NCBI RefSeq assembly: GCF_009914755.1
Contig: NC_060942.1
Source: the human T2T-CHM13v2.0 reference genome, Homo sapiens
DNA length: 64,000 bases
Reading direction: 5' to 3' (one strand)
Shown: positions 63,323 through 64,000 of the stretch, one piece after another
Layout of the letters: each line of letters starts with the position of its first letter
How positions within the stretch are numbered: the first letter of the stretch is position 1
Translations under genes and position numbers: made by a program
The notes under the pieces: generated by a model
Told to the model about the DNA's origin: nothing
The model's database searches: none
Seen by the model: only the letters and a program-made list of their open reading frames with translations

Positions 63323-64000
63323 GCTTCTTTCCATTGTTTGTCAGCTTTTGCAGGACTTAAGAAAAACAATGTGCCTTACAATCAACTCAAAACATGAGTT
63401 GGGACAAATTAAGGGAAGATTAACTTTTCATGTAACAGTCTGAAAACTACTATCCTTGCTTCTGCAATAAGATTTAATACAACATTCACTCCTGATGGTG
63501 TATAAGGCTCCATATTTTCACAAAATACCTTCTCAGTATCCAAATAAATGGAATCACGTTCAATGTCATTTCAATATTATTTGTATTTTATTGTAAGTTT
63601 TTGCCAAACACTTAGGCATGAACAGTATATGTTAAACTTCAATTAATCACAGATAATTGCTGGATGTATTGGATACAAAAAAAATTATTTTAAAAATACA
63701 TGAAAGGTTTACTACCTAGAAAAAATGAAGAGAATGGTAGTTTTTCCTGTCCTATTTTTCTGGTTTCAAGTTGATGTGAGGATACTAAATTAGGCTGGAG
63801 CATTCTGTGGTGTCGTTCTGCTTTTCAAAGGTGAGTAATGATTTCTGCCATGTAAGTAGAGGAGATGATTGAATTCATGTCAACACTTTCCTAGTTCCTG
63901 GAAGAAGGTGTAAGCTAATAACCACATACAAAAGCACACACACACCCAGAGGAGTCAGGAGCTGGAAATATATGTTACTTGTTAGCAGGGGTGTTTAATG

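Overview
Primate (human-like), AT-rich, repeat-dense genomic DNA. It contains about 22 Alus, many old L1/L2/L3/MIR fragments, ERV1/MaLR/ERVL LTRs and DNA-transposon MITEs. There are no prokaryotic features, and the supplied ORFs are almost all chance or repeat-derived. The window reads best as the 3' end of an unidentified minus-strand gene, with a well-signalled 77-bp exon at 58003-58079 and a candidate 3'-UTR/terminal exon at about 15175-16164. Also present are a 5'-truncated metallothionein processed pseudogene split by an Alu (51045-51641) and a tailless U2 retrocopy with a TSD (44893-44925). The most unusual structures are a ~2.2-2.3 kb tandem duplication (58136-63322) whose history can be reconstructed from junctions and TSDs, and several local template-switch insertions, including a near-perfect 69-bp-arm palindrome (13917-14079). 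Repeat subfamily names come from remembered consensus sequences and need RepeatMasker/Dfam confirmation. I find no support for a new protein-coding biological system.
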